The notes under the pieces are model-generated. The model saw nothing but the letters and a program-made list of their open reading frames with translations, was not told where the DNA came from and did no database searches. From assembly GCA_964247135.1 (NCBI GenBank), contig CAXTTL010000071.1, forward strand, positions 1-20,286: a stretch of DNA of 20,286 nt, read 5' to 3'. Shown here piece after piece: positions 1 through 9,330 of this stretch; position 1 is the stretch's first letter, and each line of letters starts with the position of its first letter. The stretch comes from an uncultured Deinococcales bacterium (lineage in GTDB: Bacteria > Deinococcota > Deinococci > Deinococcales > JAAFIG01). The position numbers and the translations under genes were made by a program.

Positions 1-38
1 TTTTTAGATTGCGGTTATCGTTTGGCGCGTCAACCATT

Positions 39-407
39 ATGAAAACCGCTGTAAATAACCCTCGAGCAGATGCAAGCAATGTTTTACATAGCCCAATACT
101 GCTGCATCAACTCGGTTCAATTGACCTCACAGGAGCCGAACTCGAGTACGGAGAACGTCAAATCAACATTTTAAACGGCAAGCTCGGACGCATCAACCCA
201 GAAACCGGTTTGGCGAACGGTCATTTGAGTGTTATCAGTCATACCAAACCCAGCTTATTCTCGAACAAGGCACGCATCGGATGGCGAAATCTCGAGTTTG
301 AACTGATGATGATCTCAATTCAGGAATTGAGCCTGCAAGCCGAATTAAAACTCAAATTTGTGGCGCGTTGTATTTCACTGTCGCAAACAAAACGTTTTTT
401 CTCGTGA
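39..407 (+). CDS. Hypothetical protein (about 122 aa; frame is open from the window edge, so the start is uncertain)
   Basis: Open frame from position 3 to TGA at 405-407; first ATG at 39; two CTCGAG read in-frame as LE; no recognisable motif. Confidence 0.4.
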   Translation: MKTAVNNPRADASNVLHSPILLHQLGSIDLTGAELEYGERQINILNGKLGRINPETGLANGHLSVISHTKPSLFSNKARIGWRNLEFELMMISIQELSLQAELKLKFVARCISLSQTKRFFS

Positions 408-460
408 TTATTTTTCCGTGATTATTTTCTTCGTGTCTGGATGACCAGATGCAGTTTTTG

Positions 461-507
461 GGCAGCACCAAGACCTCCCGCTTGGTGCTGTTGCCTATGG
501 CAGCACC
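461..507. repeat. Intergenic inverted/direct repeat with alternative hairpins, possibly a terminator between convergent genes
   Basis: CAGCACCAAG (463-472) pairs perfectly with CTTGGTGCTG (481-490); GGCAGCACC occurs at 461 and again at 499. Confidence 0.55.
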
Positions 508-534
508 TTGGGTTTTGATTGACAAATTGCGCCA

Positions 535-921
535 TCAAGTTTGGGCTTTCACCGCCGTGACACGCTCGAGGATTAAACCCAAGCGCTCTTTACCAAAAGC
601 CCGTTTTCCCTCGAGCAACCCATTCTCGCCGGCGTGCAAGTGAAACTCGAGATGCCCGCCCATGACGCGCAAATGAATGCCTTTGAGGGGGTCTTGCGGG
701 GGCGAAACGCTGGCAATCACGACAGCCGTGCCGTTGAGAAGACCGATGCTGGCGCTTTGCACGGTGGTCGGCAGCGGGTAATCGCGTTCCATGCGGTAAA
801 TGTACTGCGTGAAATCGGACTCTTTGTCAAAGCGCAAACCCTTGATTGCCGCCCAGTCGCGCATCCACTCGAGCAGTTGCACCCATTGTTGATAAAACAC
901 CGCATCAGTTACGTGAGCCAT
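535..921 (-). CDS. nqo15: NADH-quinone oxidoreductase subunit 15 (frataxin-like complex I accessory subunit)
   Basis: 128 aa; YQQWVQLLEWMRDWA..KGLRFDKESDF..YIYRMER.Y.LPTT and the His-rich HLEFHLH strand closely match my recollection of Thermus thermophilus Nqo15. Confidence 0.9.
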   Translation of the reverse strand: MAHVTDAVFYQQWVQLLEWMRDWAAIKGLRFDKESDFTQYIYRMERDYPLPTTVQSASIGLLNGTAVVIASVSPPQDPLKGIHLRVMGGHLEFHLHAGENGLLEGKRAFGKERLGLILERVTAVKAQT

Positions 922-953
922 TCTGGATTCAATCTACCACCTCGAGCCAGTTT

Positions 954-2138
954 TCACGAGTGGTTGGTGGCTCGAGGGTCTTTGAATCTAAAATCGAATT
1001 CTGATGAAACTCGAGCTTTGATTTCGACGCGGTTGCGCCCTGAAAGCTTGGCGCTGTACAGGTTTTCATCGGCTCGGCGCATCAGGTCATTGGTGCTTTC
1101 AAGGGGCAACAGGCTGGCAACCCCAAAACTGGCGGTGACCTGACCCGTTTTAAACTTGTGTTTTGCCAAGGTTGTTCTTAAAGTTTCGGCTTGAATCCGA
1201 GCTTGCTCGAGGGTCGCATGGGGAAGCAAAATCAAGAATTCCTCGCCGCCCCAGCGCCCCACACTGCCCAGGTTGCCCAGAGTCTTTTGAAAAACCTGAG
1301 TGAGTTCTTGCAGCACGGCGTCGCCTGCATGATGACCGTACAAGTCGTTGATGCTTTTAAAATGGTCAATGTCGAGCAAGATCACGCTAAAAGTACGTTT
1401 TTGATTCTGACACGCCTGCCATTCACGTTCCAAAGAGTTGTACATTTGCCAGCGGTTCGCCGCCCCCGTCAAGGGATCGGTGCTCGAGCGAATTTGTTCG
1501 ACCGCCAAGAGGTCTTTGGTCAGTGCCAGGACATACGAAAATGCCAGAAATGCCCCCGCCAAGGAAAGTTGACCGATCAACAAATCAATCAAACCCGATC
1601 TGGCAGGTGTGGCAGGCATTGACATGATCTTGACGGTATCCAAAGTCAGCATCGCACCAAAGACAATCAAAGCGGCGCGTAATGCCGTGCGGGTGCTCAG
1701 CATGATGTATGCCATCAGACCAATCAATGCGATTGAACTGTACGTTTCATGGAAGACCGCCGTGACCGCCGTTTCGTTTTGTGCCCGAAACAACGAATAT
1801 GCCGCACGCGACAAGATAAAAATTGCCGAGTACCAAAAGCCAAAACGCTCGATCTGCCCAATTTGAACTCGAGGGTTGAGGTTCAAAGCAATATTTGTTG
1901 CAGTGCAGAGCAGCAACACGACAAACAACATTTTGAGCACAAATTCACTGGTGTTGAAAAATCCGACCGCAATTCCAGGAAATCCTGCAAGGCAAACCAG
2001 CAAATACGCCCGCCGTTTGAATCCCGCCAAACGGGACTCTTGGGCGCTTAAACCTTCGGTGGCTTGAAGTTTCGTGCTCAATGGGTGCTCCAACTCGAGC
2101 CTAGCACCGCTTTTGAATTTCCTGGGGGCAGTTTGCAC
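954..2138 (-). CDS. Membrane-anchored diguanylate cyclase (GGDEF domain)
   Basis: About 6 hydrophobic N-terminal helices, then TDPLTGAANR, LLDIDHFKSINDLYGHHAGDAVL, RWGGEEF, ADENLYSAKLSGRN. Confidence 0.93.
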   Translation of the reverse strand: MQTAPRKFKSGARLELEHPLSTKLQATEGLSAQESRLAGFKRRAYLLVCLAGFPGIAVGFFNTSEFVLKMLFVVLLLCTATNIALNLNPRVQIGQIERFGFWYSAIFILSRAAYSLFRAQNETAVTAVFHETYSSIALIGLMAYIMLSTRTALRAALIVFGAMLTLDTVKIMSMPATPARSGLIDLLIGQLSLAGAFLAFSYVLALTKDLLAVEQIRSSTDPLTGAANRWQMYNSLEREWQACQNQKRTFSVILLDIDHFKSINDLYGHHAGDAVLQELTQVFQKTLGNLGSVGRWGGEEFLILLPHATLEQARIQAETLRTTLAKHKFKTGQVTASFGVASLLPLESTNDLMRRADENLYSAKLSGRNRVEIKARVSSEFDFRFKDPRATNHS

Positions 2139-2191
2139 ATCAGGTTTGATCAGCTTACGATCTTGATTCTGTTTTGGGCGTAGAATAAGGT

Positions 2192-4087
2192 GTGGAACTC
2201 GAGCAGGCAGGTTTAATCCCCACCCAACCAGGCGTCTACATTTTTCGCACGCCGCACGGTCGCGTGATTTACGTCGGCAAAGCCAACAACATCAAAACCC
2301 GCATCAGCCAGCATTTTAAATCTGGCGGCAAATCCAGCCGCATCACCCGAGATGCCGGCAGCCTCGAGTTCATCACCACCCAAAACGAGGTCGAAGCCTT
2401 GATTCTCGAGGCGAACCTCATCAAGCAGCACCGTCCACGTTACAACGTGCTGTTAAAAGACGACAAGCATTACCCGTTTTTAAAACTGACCAAAGAAGCC
2501 TTCCCGATGCTGGTCGTGACGCGCAAAGTCATCAAGGACGGCGGCAAATATTACGGACCCTACCCAGATTCCAGGGCGGTCTGGCGTGCCAAAAACCTGA
2601 TTGACACGACCTTTCCGCTTCGCAAAAACTCTGGCATTCCGTTCACGCCGCGCAAACGCCCGTGCCTGAATTACCACATGAAACGCTGCCTCGCGCCGTG
2701 CGTCGGTTTTGTCACGCCCGAAGATTATGCTCAGGCTGTGATCGACGTGACCCAGGTGCTCGAGGGCAAAGCCGCCGATGTCATGACAAAACTCAAACTC
2801 GAGATGAAAGAAGCCGCATTGCGTCAAGAATTTGAACAGGCGGGCGCGATTCGTGACCGACTCGAGGCGGTGCAAAAACTGTTCGGCACAGATCAGGTTG
2901 CACTCAACACCGACCTCGAGGACATGGATTTTCTGGGCGTGGCGCAAGCCGGTGAGTACGCAATGGTGCAACACTTTCAGATGCGGGCGGGTCGCGTCAT
3001 CGGGCGCGACAAACGCTTTTTGACGGGCGCTGAGGACGCGACGCTCGAGGAGATTTTGAAAGCCTTCATGCAAGATTATTACGGCGTGGCGATGCAAGTT
3101 CCGCCACTGGTGCTTATTTCAGTCGAATTTGAGGACGCAAGCGTCTGGCAAGAATTTTTGTCCTCTCGGGCGCACCGCAAAGTTGAACTGCGTTTCCCGC
3201 AACGCGGCGAAAAAGTCGATTTGCTCGAGATGGCAACCCGCAACGCTCACACGGGCTTGGAAGCCGAACTGGCGCTCCTCGAGAAACGCGGCGAGAATCC
3301 TGGTTTGGAGGCTTTAAAAGAGGTTCTGGCGCTTCCCGAACGCCCGTGGCGCATCGAAGGTTACGACAACAGCAACTTGTTCGGCACAAACATTGTCTCG
3401 GGCATGGTGGTCTTTGAAGGTGGACGCTCGAGAAAGGGCGAGCACCGACGCTTTAAAGTCAAAGGCTTGGACCACCCCGACGATTACACCGCCATGCGTC
3501 AAACCATCACACGGCGCTTTACGGGCGGCTTGTCCGACAAACTGCCGATTCCAGATTTACTGATGATCGACGGCGGTCACGGGCAAGTCAACGCGGCGCT
3601 GGATGCCCTGCGAGAAGTTGGACTCGAGATTCCTGTGGTGGGATTAGCCAAACGCGAAGAAACCATGATTCTGCCCAGCATTTACGGGGCGCAGTGGTGG
3701 CTGAAATCTGGCACCATCCTCGATCAAAAACGCGAGATCAAACTGCCCGAAACGCACCCCGCTTTAAGAATGTTAATTGCCGTGCGCGACGAAGTTCACC
3801 AGTACGCCATCACCTACCACCGCAAACTTCGCGCCGATGCCATGATGACCAGCATCTTTGACGACATTCCAGGCGTCGGACCCAAACGCCGCGAGGCATT
3901 GCTCGAGCATTTCACATCACTCGAGGAACTTCGTGCGGCAAGACTTGAAGTGATCGCTCGAGTGCCAGGGGTTGGCTTGACGGCGGCGCACGCGATCAAA
4001 ACGCATTTGGGAAATGGAACTGGGGCGGTGGTGACGGACGTGGGGAATGCTGCCAAAGAAGCGAAAGATGGAATCTCGAGCGTTTGA
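2192..4087 (+). CDS. uvrC: Excinuclease ABC subunit C
   Basis: GIY-YIG N-terminus (PGVY..IYVGKA), [11 protein letters not shown], Cys cluster [18 protein letters not shown] domain, [17 protein letters not shown], HhH motifs IPGVGPKR and VPGVG; GTG start. Confidence 0.98.
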   Translation: MELEQAGLIPTQPGVYIFRTPHGRVIYVGKANNIKTRISQHFKSGGKSSRITRDAGSLEFITTQNEVEALILEANLIKQHRPRYNVLLKDDKHYPFLKLTKEAFPMLVVTRKVIKDGGKYYGPYPDSRAVWRAKNLIDTTFPLRKNSGIPFTPRKRPCLNYHMKRCLAPCVGFVTPEDYAQAVIDVTQVLEGKAADVMTKLKLEMKEAALRQEFEQAGAIRDRLEAVQKLFGTDQVALNTDLEDMDFLGVAQAGEYAMVQHFQMRAGRVIGRDKRFLTGAEDATLEEILKAFMQDYYGVAMQVPPLVLISVEFEDASVWQEFLSSRAHRKVELRFPQRGEKVDLLEMATRNAHTGLEAELALLEKRGENPGLEALKEVLALPERPWRIEGYDNSNLFGTNIVSGMVVFEGGRSRKGEHRRFKVKGLDHPDDYTAMRQTITRRFTGGLSDKLPIPDLLMIDGGHGQVNAALDALREVGLEIPVVGLAKREETMILPSIYGAQWWLKSGTILDQKREIKLPETHPALRMLIAVRDEVHQYAITYHRKLRADAMMTSIFDDIPGVGPKRREALLEHFTSLEELRAARLEVIARVPGVGLTAAHAIKTHLGNGTGAVVTDVGNAAKEAKDGISSV

Positions 4088-4132
4088 AACCCAATCTTTG
4101 AAAATCAAAACGTAATTTAGAAGTTTACAACA

Positions 4133-4582
4133 ATGAACATTTTTAATGATCCAAAATACAATGACTACTATCGATATTTAATTATGTTCACCTTAATTAT
4201 AGTTGGTTTTATAATTTTATTAAGTGATGATTTTATTTCACAGTTAAAAACCTTTACCTGGATTCAACAAAAAGGAAATTTAATCACTATTTCTTATTTA
4301 ACAGATCGACGCCAAGGCACTCATAAAACGCTTGCACATTATTCATATATTTTTGAAGGTGCAGAATATCAATCTTATTTTGTTGGTTTTGGAAGAGCCG
4401 AAAATGATTTTTATCCAAGATCAAATTCACTCGTTGCTTATGTAAACCCATCGAACCCTCAAGAAAGTGTCTTGAGAAGAATGGATTATATTGCCCTTAC
4501 TTTCTGTATCATTTTTATTGGTATGGGAATCGCTTCTTTCTTTTTCTCAAAAGAAGTTGATAAAATTCATGATCTGACCTAA
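4133..4582 (+). CDS. DUF3592-like two-TM membrane protein, markedly AT-rich
   Basis: TM helix, W...G, YSY..EG.EY.S, VAYVNPSNPQESVL, then a second TM helix: the layout typical of DUF3592. Confidence 0.75.
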   Translation: MNIFNDPKYNDYYRYLIMFTLIIVGFIILLSDDFISQLKTFTWIQQKGNLITISYLTDRRQGTHKTLAHYSYIFEGAEYQSYFVGFGRAENDFYPRSNSLVAYVNPSNPQESVLRRMDYIALTFCIIFIGMGIASFFFSKEVDKIHDLT

Positions 4583-4651
4583 AACATTTGGATTCAATGC
4601 TGCCTTCGATTCAGGTGCTCGAGACACAATAACTGCACTTCTCGAGACAGC

Positions 4652-4680
4652 AAAAACCTCCTATTGTCAAGGAGGTTTTT
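4652..4680. terminator. Bidirectional rho-independent terminator
   Basis: AAAAACCTCCT-attgtca-AGGAGGTTTTT lies between the convergent DUF3592 gene and trxA. Confidence 0.85.
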
Positions 4681-4698
4681 GGTCTTAAAACTCGGGTT

Positions 4699-5046
4699 TT
4701 ACGCGCTGGCAGCAACAGGTGCGGCAGGCACGGCTTTGTTCAGCATGTTGCGGTACTTATCGCCGCGCATGTCCGCGCCGACCATGACTTCACTCACTTC
4801 GCCGTCCTTGAAAACAATCACGGTTGGGATGCTCATGACACGGAATTTCATGGCGGTTTGTTGGTTGTCGTCAACGTTGATCTTGGCAATCTTGGCTTTT
4901 CCGGCGTACTCGTCTGCCAGACCTTCGATCACTGGGGCGACCATGCGGCACGGTCCGCACCAGGGTGCCCAGAAATCCACCAGGGTAACGCCTTGGCTGA
5001 TTGATTCGTTAAAGTTTGCATCTGTCAATTCAATGTATTTACCCAT
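4699..5046 (-). CDS. trxA: Thioredoxin
   Basis: [10 protein letters not shown] active site, SIPT cis-Pro loop; AGGAGG SD at 5056-5061 on the minus strand. Confidence 0.97.
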   Translation of the reverse strand: MGKYIELTDANFNESISQGVTLVDFWAPWCGPCRMVAPVIEGLADEYAGKAKIAKINVDDNQQTAMKFRVMSIPTVIVFKDGEVSEVMVGADMRGDKYRNMLNKAVPAAPVAASA

Positions 5047-5228
5047 ATCAGTTTTCCTCCTGTGCGCCTTGTCTCGAGCGCGAACATTGCCAATATTACA
5101 CCCGTATCCTGCCTAAAGTGCGTACTGAAAATGACATTGTTAAAGTTTTATCCCCTCAGCATTGTCACAGCTTTGGCATTGAGTGAAATTGGCAAATACG
5201 CTAGACTGGGTATCTCGAGGTGAAGTGA

Positions 5229-5390
5229 ATGGTTATTTTTAGAATCGTTGTTTTTGTGATTGCTTCCATTATTGCCTGTGTCATGCTGCCGCTTTTGGCG
5301 GTTCAGTACCCAATTGTTTTTTTGATCGTGATTGCGATTGGTGTGTTCTTGTTCTCACGGTCATTCTCGAGCCGGAAACAACATCAATGA
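5229..5390 (+). CDS. Small 53-aa two-helix membrane protein (not in the ORF track)
   Basis: MVIFRIVVFVIASIIACVMLPLLAVQYPIVFLIVIAIGVFLFSRSFSSRKQHQ; GAGGTGA SD at 5217-5223; its stop overlaps the hpt start (ATGA). Confidence 0.7.
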   Translation: MVIFRIVVFVIASIIACVMLPLLAVQYPIVFLIVIAIGVFLFSRSFSSRKQHQ

Positions 5391-5932
5391 GCGATTCTTC
5401 AATTTGGACGCCTGGCGACGGCGAGGTGCAAATCACTGCGGCACAAATTCATGCTCGGATTCTCGAGTTGGGTGCGCAGATTACCAAAGATTACACGGGT
5501 AAAAAACCGCATTTGATCTGTGTTTTAAACGGCGCGTATCATTTCATGTCCGACCTCACCCGAGCCATCGAATTGCCGCTGACCATCGATTTTCTGGCAG
5601 TCTCGAGTTACGGCACGCAAACCAAAACCTCTGGCGAAGTGAAACTCGTTAAAGATTTAAGCCTGCCGCTTCACGATCTGGACGTGATTTTGGTCGAGGA
5701 CATCGTGGACACGGGTTTGACCATGAATTATCTGCTCGGTTATTTGGGCGGGCGCGGTCCTGCCAGTTTAAAAGTCGCGGCATTACTGTCCAAACCCTCG
5801 AGGCGCAAAGTCGAAGTGCCAGTCGATTACTTGGGATTCACGATCCCAGACGCTTACGTGTACGGTTATGGCTTGGACCGCGCGCATCACGACCGCAACA
5901 TTCCGTTTATCTCGAGCATCAAATCTGATTAA
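5387..5932 (+). CDS. hpt: Hypoxanthine phosphoribosyltransferase
   Basis: PRPP-binding motif VILVEDIVDTGLT, VSSYG loop, YVYGYGLD, RNIPFI. Confidence 0.97.
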   Translation: MSDSSIWTPGDGEVQITAAQIHARILELGAQITKDYTGKKPHLICVLNGAYHFMSDLTRAIELPLTIDFLAVSSYGTQTKTSGEVKLVKDLSLPLHDLDVILVEDIVDTGLTMNYLLGYLGGRGPASLKVAALLSKPSRRKVEVPVDYLGFTIPDAYVYGYGLDRAHHDRNIPFISSIKSD

Positions 5933-5933
5933 T

Positions 5934-6347
5934 TTAAGAACCCGAGTCTGTGCTGATGATCGTGCCAAGGGCGGTGGCGCAACATTTTTCTGTGCCATCT
6001 GCAATTGCAAAGACATCACAACGCACCACCGCTTGACGTTTTCCCGCGTACAGCACTTCGGCTCGGGCTTTCAGGCGCTCGCCTTTGGCGGGACGCAAGT
6101 AATTGATCTTAAATTCGCTGGTGAGCACATTCACGCCCAAAACCCCGCCGCCCGCAAACGTGATGGCATTGTCAGCCAGGTAAGAGACAATGCCGCCATG
6201 CGCAAAACCGTTTTGTTGCAGCATTTCTGCTCGTAAACTTAACTCGAGCGTGGTGTTTTCGCTCGAGAACGCCGTGATGGTCGTGCCAAGCCAAACGCTG
6301 AACGGTTGCGCCCCGAGCACGGTTTTGCCAAGTTCAAGCATGTCCAT
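5934..6347 (-). CDS. PaaI-family (hotdog fold) thioesterase
   Basis: QQNGFAHGGIVSYLAD and EFKINYLRPA motifs. Confidence 0.93.
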   Translation of the reverse strand: MDMLELGKTVLGAQPFSVWLGTTITAFSSENTTLELSLRAEMLQQNGFAHGGIVSYLADNAITFAGGGVLGVNVLTSEFKINYLRPAKGERLKARAEVLYAGKRQAVVRCDVFAIADGTEKCCATALGTIISTDSGS

Positions 6348-6379
6348 GCCGTAGCTTAGCCCAATTTAAACCCGAACAT

Positions 6380-8491
6380 TTACAGTGAGGTTGTCAAAGC
6401 TTGGATATTGACACCCACTCCACAAAACGCCGCATTGCCCGTCAAATCATCCAGCAGCAATTCATCGGTCAAATCGTTGATGCTGATTCCCGCATTCTGG
6501 TGTGCCACCTCGAGCTTCACGCCTTCACGAGCGTGACCAAAGCCGTGCGGAATGCTGACCACTCCAGGCATGATGTTCTCCGTGATTTCGGCTGGCAGTT
6601 CAACGCTGCCGACCTTTGAGCTAACCCGCACGCTCGAGCCTTCAAGAATTCCTTTGTGCGCGGCATCGCTGGGGTGAATCATCAGCGTGCAACGGTTTTT
6701 GCCGCGCACCAGCCGCTCCGCGTTGTGCATCCAAGAATTGTTGCTGCGCAACTCGCGGCGTCCAATCAAGACCAGTTCGGGGCTGGCTTGCTCGAGATCA
6801 ATTCTGGCTCGAACAAGATCGGCGATCAACAAGTCTGGCGCGAGTTGCAAGCGCTTGTTCGGTGTCAACAATCGTTCTGGCAATCGTGACTCGAGTGCGC
6901 CCAAATCCAAACCGTGCGGGTTTTCACGCAATGTCTCGAGGCTCAATTTGTATGTTCCAGTTTTTAAACCCAACTCGAGTTTTTCGGCTGGGTCACGCGG
7001 CGCTTTCAGCGTGCCTCCAGGCTCGAGCGTCAGGCGGTTGCGCAGTTCCTCGAAAATTTCCCAATCGTATTTTGCGCCCGTCGTTTTGGGCAGCGTCGCC
7101 TCGGAATATTTTGCGTGGTTGGAAACCGCCAGATGATGAAAGATCAAATCGTAATGCGCCGTCTCGAGTCCGGTGGCTGGCGGTAAAATGATGTTTGCAT
7201 GACGCGTGGTTTCGTTGATGTATATGTCAATCGCCACAAAAAACTCGAGTTTCTCGAGCGCCGTCTCGAGCCTTGAACCGTTCGGGGTGGACAGCACCGG
7301 ATTGCCCGAATTCGTGATGAAGGCTTTGATCTGACCCTCGCCTAGGGTCAACATTTCTTCCGCCATCGCCGCCACAGGATATTCCCCGTCAAATTCTGGC
7401 AGACCGCGAACTCGAGTTTGAGCACGGTTGAAAATATTCTCCTTGGTTTTGGCGCGGATCAAATCAATTGCGGGCGTGGTCAGCATCGCGCCGCCAGCCC
7501 GATCAAAATTGCCCGTGACAATGTTCAGCGCCGTGACCAACCACTGACTCGAGCCGCCAAACGCCTGGGTGCTCAGCCCGATTCGACCATACGCCACGGC
7601 TGAGGGCGCATTCGCAAAATCTCGAGCCAAACCCCGAATCGCCTCCACAGTCCAACCGATGCGAGCGCTGACCCGTTCTGGTGTGAACTCGCGCACGGCT
7701 TCACGCAGCCCCTCCAAACCATCCGTAAAATCCGCCAGTCGCCCGAGTTTCACCAGGTTTTCGGCAAAAATCACCTCGAGCATCGCCAGCAGCAAAAACA
7801 CATCCGTGCCAGGACGAATAAAATGATGCTCGCTCGAGATTGCCGCAGTTTCGTTGCGGCGCGGGTCAACCAAAACAATTTTGCCACCACGCTTTTTGAT
7901 CTTCTCGAGCCGCCGCTTGACGCCCGCCGCCGTCATCAGGCTGCCGTTGGACGCCAGCGGATTCGCGCCCAAAATCAGCATGAAATCCGTGCGGTCAATG
8001 TCAGGAATCGCAACCAAGAGCGGATGCCCGAGCATTTGCCACGCCGCGAAATGATGCGGCAATTGATCCGCGCTGGTTGCCGAAAATTTGCTGCTCGAGC
8101 CGAGCGCTTTAAAAAATCCGCTGGCGGTCAGCATCGTTCCAGAATTGTGAACGCTCGGATTGCCCTGATAGACGCCCACCGCGTCCTTGCCGTATTTGGC
8201 TTGCACGGCTTTCAAACTCGAGACGACCTCATCAAAAGCCTCATCCCAAGAAATTTGCTGCCAGCCGCCTTCGGTACGGCGCACCGGAAATTTAAGTCGG
8301 TTCGGATCGTTGTACACATCCTCGAGCGCCGTCGCCTTCGGGCAGATGTGCCCCTTCGAGAACGAATCAAGTTCATCCCCCCGAATCGAAACAATCTTGT
8401 CCCCCTCAAGCTTGATCTCGAGTCCACACATCGCCTCGCACAGATTGCAAGTCCGATACGCTGTTCGCACCTTAGAAGATTCGGTTTTCAT
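6380..8491 (-). CDS. Molybdopterin (bis-MGD) oxidoreductase catalytic subunit with an N-terminal 4Fe-4S cluster
   Basis: CNLCEAMC...GHICPK, ISWDEA, GANPLASNG, VDPRRNETA, IRPGTD, DIYINETT..A..ILP, NSWMHN, IHPSDA; no Tat signal. Confidence 0.93.
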   Translation of the reverse strand: MKTESSKVRTAYRTCNLCEAMCGLEIKLEGDKIVSIRGDELDSFSKGHICPKATALEDVYNDPNRLKFPVRRTEGGWQQISWDEAFDEVVSSLKAVQAKYGKDAVGVYQGNPSVHNSGTMLTASGFFKALGSSSKFSATSADQLPHHFAAWQMLGHPLLVAIPDIDRTDFMLILGANPLASNGSLMTAAGVKRRLEKIKKRGGKIVLVDPRRNETAAISSEHHFIRPGTDVFLLLAMLEVIFAENLVKLGRLADFTDGLEGLREAVREFTPERVSARIGWTVEAIRGLARDFANAPSAVAYGRIGLSTQAFGGSSQWLVTALNIVTGNFDRAGGAMLTTPAIDLIRAKTKENIFNRAQTRVRGLPEFDGEYPVAAMAEEMLTLGEGQIKAFITNSGNPVLSTPNGSRLETALEKLEFFVAIDIYINETTRHANIILPPATGLETAHYDLIFHHLAVSNHAKYSEATLPKTTGAKYDWEIFEELRNRLTLEPGGTLKAPRDPAEKLELGLKTGTYKLSLETLRENPHGLDLGALESRLPERLLTPNKRLQLAPDLLIADLVRARIDLEQASPELVLIGRRELRSNNSWMHNAERLVRGKNRCTLMIHPSDAAHKGILEGSSVRVSSKVGSVELPAEITENIMPGVVSIPHGFGHAREGVKLEVAHQNAGISINDLTDELLLDDLTGNAAFCGVGVNIQALTTSL

Positions 8492-8557
8492 GTTGAAACC
8501 AGTTTACGCCCCAAGCTCGAGTTTGGGTTTTTCAGGGTTCGAGCGTACAATTGCGCC

Positions 8558-9280
8558 GTGAAAGAAAATACCGCCCCCCAAACGTTTCGTTACTTTGACC
8601 TGATCCTCGCCGCGTTTGCCGTGATTCTGGTCGTCTCCAACATTGCCAGCACCAAACTTGTGAGTGCCACCATTGGCAATTGGAAACCCACTTTCGACGG
8701 CGGTACGATCCTGTTCCCGCTGACCTACATTTTTGGCGATGTCCTGACCGAAGTCTACGGTTATGCCAGGGCTAAACGCGTAATCTGGTTTGGAATGGCA
8801 GCCAACCTCTTTGCCAGCCTGATTTTTGCGCTGGTGGTGGTGCTTCCGACTGACCCAAACAGTTTTACCAAAGGCTCATTCGAGGCAGTCCTTGGCTTTG
8901 TGCCCCAGATTGTGCTTGCGAGTTTGGCAGCACTTTTCGTTGGGGAATTCTTGAATTCCTATGTGCTCGCTAAACTCAAAATCATGACCAATGGGCGTTA
9001 TCTGTGGGTGCGAACCATTGGCAGCACCTTGATCGGAGAAGGCGCTGATACCCTGACATTCTCGTGGCTTGCCTTCGGCATTGGTGCGAACGCGATGAAA
9101 GCAAACGAATTATGGAATTTAATTGCAGTCGTTTATTTTTATAAAGTCGCGCTCGAGGTGCTACTCACGCCACTCACGTATGTTGTGGTGGGCATCCTAA
9201 AACGTGCCGAAGGTGTGGATGTTTATGACCACAAAACAAACTTTAATCCATTTGTGTTCCGCGAAAAGGTTTCGACGTAA
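8558..9280 (+). CDS. yhhQ: Queuosine precursor transporter (YhhQ/VUT family); true start is probably the GTG at 8558
   Basis: SNIASTK, DGGTILFPLTYIFGDVLTEVYG, ASL.A..VGEFLNSYV..KLK, RTIGST..G...DT, YK...E...TP. Confidence 0.93.
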   Translation: MKENTAPQTFRYFDLILAAFAVILVVSNIASTKLVSATIGNWKPTFDGGTILFPLTYIFGDVLTEVYGYARAKRVIWFGMAANLFASLIFALVVVLPTDPNSFTKGSFEAVLGFVPQIVLASLAALFVGEFLNSYVLAKLKIMTNGRYLWVRTIGSTLIGEGADTLTFSWLAFGIGANAMKANELWNLIAVVYFYKVALEVLLTPLTYVVVGILKRAEGVDVYDHKTNFNPFVFREKVST

Positions 9281-9330
9281 AGCTCGAGCTTTCTTTTCAA
9301 GATTCCAAACTCGAGTTGTAAGATAATGTC

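Noticed and set aside
422-535. 37-codon minus-strand ORF overlapping the nqo15 stop (TGATG)
   Set aside because: It runs through the hairpin repeat, has no protein-like features and has no other support.
2139-2191. RDRM/DdrO or SOS operator upstream of uvrC
   Set aside because: No convincing 17-bp palindrome is present.
7823-8557. Apparent 245-aa N-terminal extension of the YhhQ ORF
   Set aside because: It is the antisense shadow of the molybdoenzyme; family similarity and a -10 box point to the GTG at 8558.
8492-8557. preQ1 riboswitch upstream of yhhQ
   Set aside because: No matching motif, and the gene appears leaderless.
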